Shown piece after piece: positions 62,701 to 64,000 of a stretch of 64,000 nt of DNA; positions within the stretch are counted from its first letter, which is position 1, and each line of letters starts with the position of its first letter. The position numbers and the translations under genes are program-made. The DNA lies in contig CM082584.2 in the NCBI GenBank assembly GCA_040954595.2, positions 11,436,552 to 11,500,551 on the forward strand, in the 5' to 3' direction. The DNA is from Balanoglossus misakiensis. Taxonomy: Eukaryota > Animalia > Hemichordata. A model generated the notes under the pieces. The model saw only the letters and a program-made list of their open reading frames with translations. It ran no database searches and was not told where the DNA came from.

Positions 62701-64000
62701 AAACTTGAATTTGTCTTCTGGAGAGTTCTTATTCATATTATTTAAAATCTGAGGTGTTTTTTCTGTCTGGAAGAGGTGTGGTGTGGTTGCAAGTTTGTTT
62801 TTCAACAGTGACATGGTCACAAAGCTTACAGTTGCTAGGAGTTGCATCTCAATCAGGACACTCACAAGATAAGGATGGCTTTATTAGTTCTTAATATAGA
62901 ATAGACTGTTTCGGATCAACACAAAGACAAAAAATAAACAAGATTTGACGTCAAAGAAGTGCACCAATAAGGAATTGGAAGCAAAGCTGCCAACTTACAT
63001 GTAAAATATAAATGTGTGCTGATTCTGGATCATAGCTTTGTATAGTCTTGTATTAAAACTTAAATGGTTATGTGAAAGCAAAGAGTTTGAAGTTTCAAAT
63101 GCAAGGTTGTAACTCGTTTTGTTATACACCATAACCAATTTCTTCTAATCTTGGGGATTTTCAATGATAATGGAATTAATAATGTTCAGCGGCATTGATT
63201 GAGACCAGCCCCTGAAACCAAGAGATATTCTACAAGTTGGTTTCATGAGAAGTTGGAATTTTGATTAGGTATCAGGCGGTATCGTAAAGCTAATATTATC
63301 ACTGTGTGAGATTTAAAGTTTTTAGTTCATCTTCTAAAGATTACATCTGAGTGAAGAAAATCCTTTATTTTCATTGATGTTGTAGCCGATGTTTGATTAG
63401 AGAGTCCAGCCGGACATGTAGTAACTGTCATCGTATCTCGGTGACTCAAGCAGTCGTAGGTGGATGCATCAGCATAGCCATTCACAGGTACTGCAAAGCC
63501 GCAACTGATGTATGTGACTATAGCCCTGTGTGGCAGGGCTGTCTTACAGTAAGCCACACATCCCCGCCACGCAGAGTATGTGACATGTTCTTTCCGGTGC
63601 TGTGCTCGACACGCTAAAAATATCGGGTGGCCCCGGTTTTACGCGAGGTATTCGAAACAGTCCCCGCCCACTGTTGAAAGGCTTAGTAGTCAGGGGCAAT
63701 AGAATGCGGCAAGTTTACCCTCCTTCAGTGAAGATGACAGAAGCACTCCAGCAGAAGTCAACTTGTGTTGCTATCAATGTATTGATGTTTGCACGGATTA
63801 AGTCTGCCCAAAGAGCACAGGAACAGTAAAGTTGCCCCTATTCTCTTTATCATCAGTGTGCCATTAACTTTATATCCTGTTTTTATCACTTTCTTTAAAA
63901 AATTACAGTAGGCACATAAAGGCTGAATGTTTAAGGTACCACCTAATTGTTGGCATGGTCAGAAAAGGCAGAAAAAAGTCGAGAAAACCAAGCAGTAGTC

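Overview
Eukaryotic, intron-rich animal DNA (invertebrate bilaterian, possibly a non-vertebrate deuterostome; taxon is my guess). By manual splicing I read six protein-coding genes: the 3' end of GAK/auxilin (+, J domain); complete HAUS3 (-, 13 coding exons, one GC-AG intron) head-to-head with complete CENP-C (+, 12 coding exons); a two-exon, nine-cysteine TGF-beta ligand most like Maverick/GDF15 (-); a MuSK-family receptor tyrosine kinase (+) transcribed divergently from that ligand; and the 5' end of RNF220 (+). The most interesting observation is the MuSK-like receptor. It appears to lack Ig1 (the LRP4/agrin interface), has NPMF instead of the Dok-7-binding NPMY, and has lost two of the three activation-loop tyrosines. 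It keeps the BMP-binding Ig3 and an intact catalytic core, and lies next to a TGF-beta ligand gene. Other points: a second CENP-A-binding-like motif and 69-nt repeats in CENP-C, several micro-exons, blockwise CpG depletion suggesting mosaic gene-body methylation, microsatellites and small MITE-like remnants. Homology calls come from remembered reference sequences, not from database searches.
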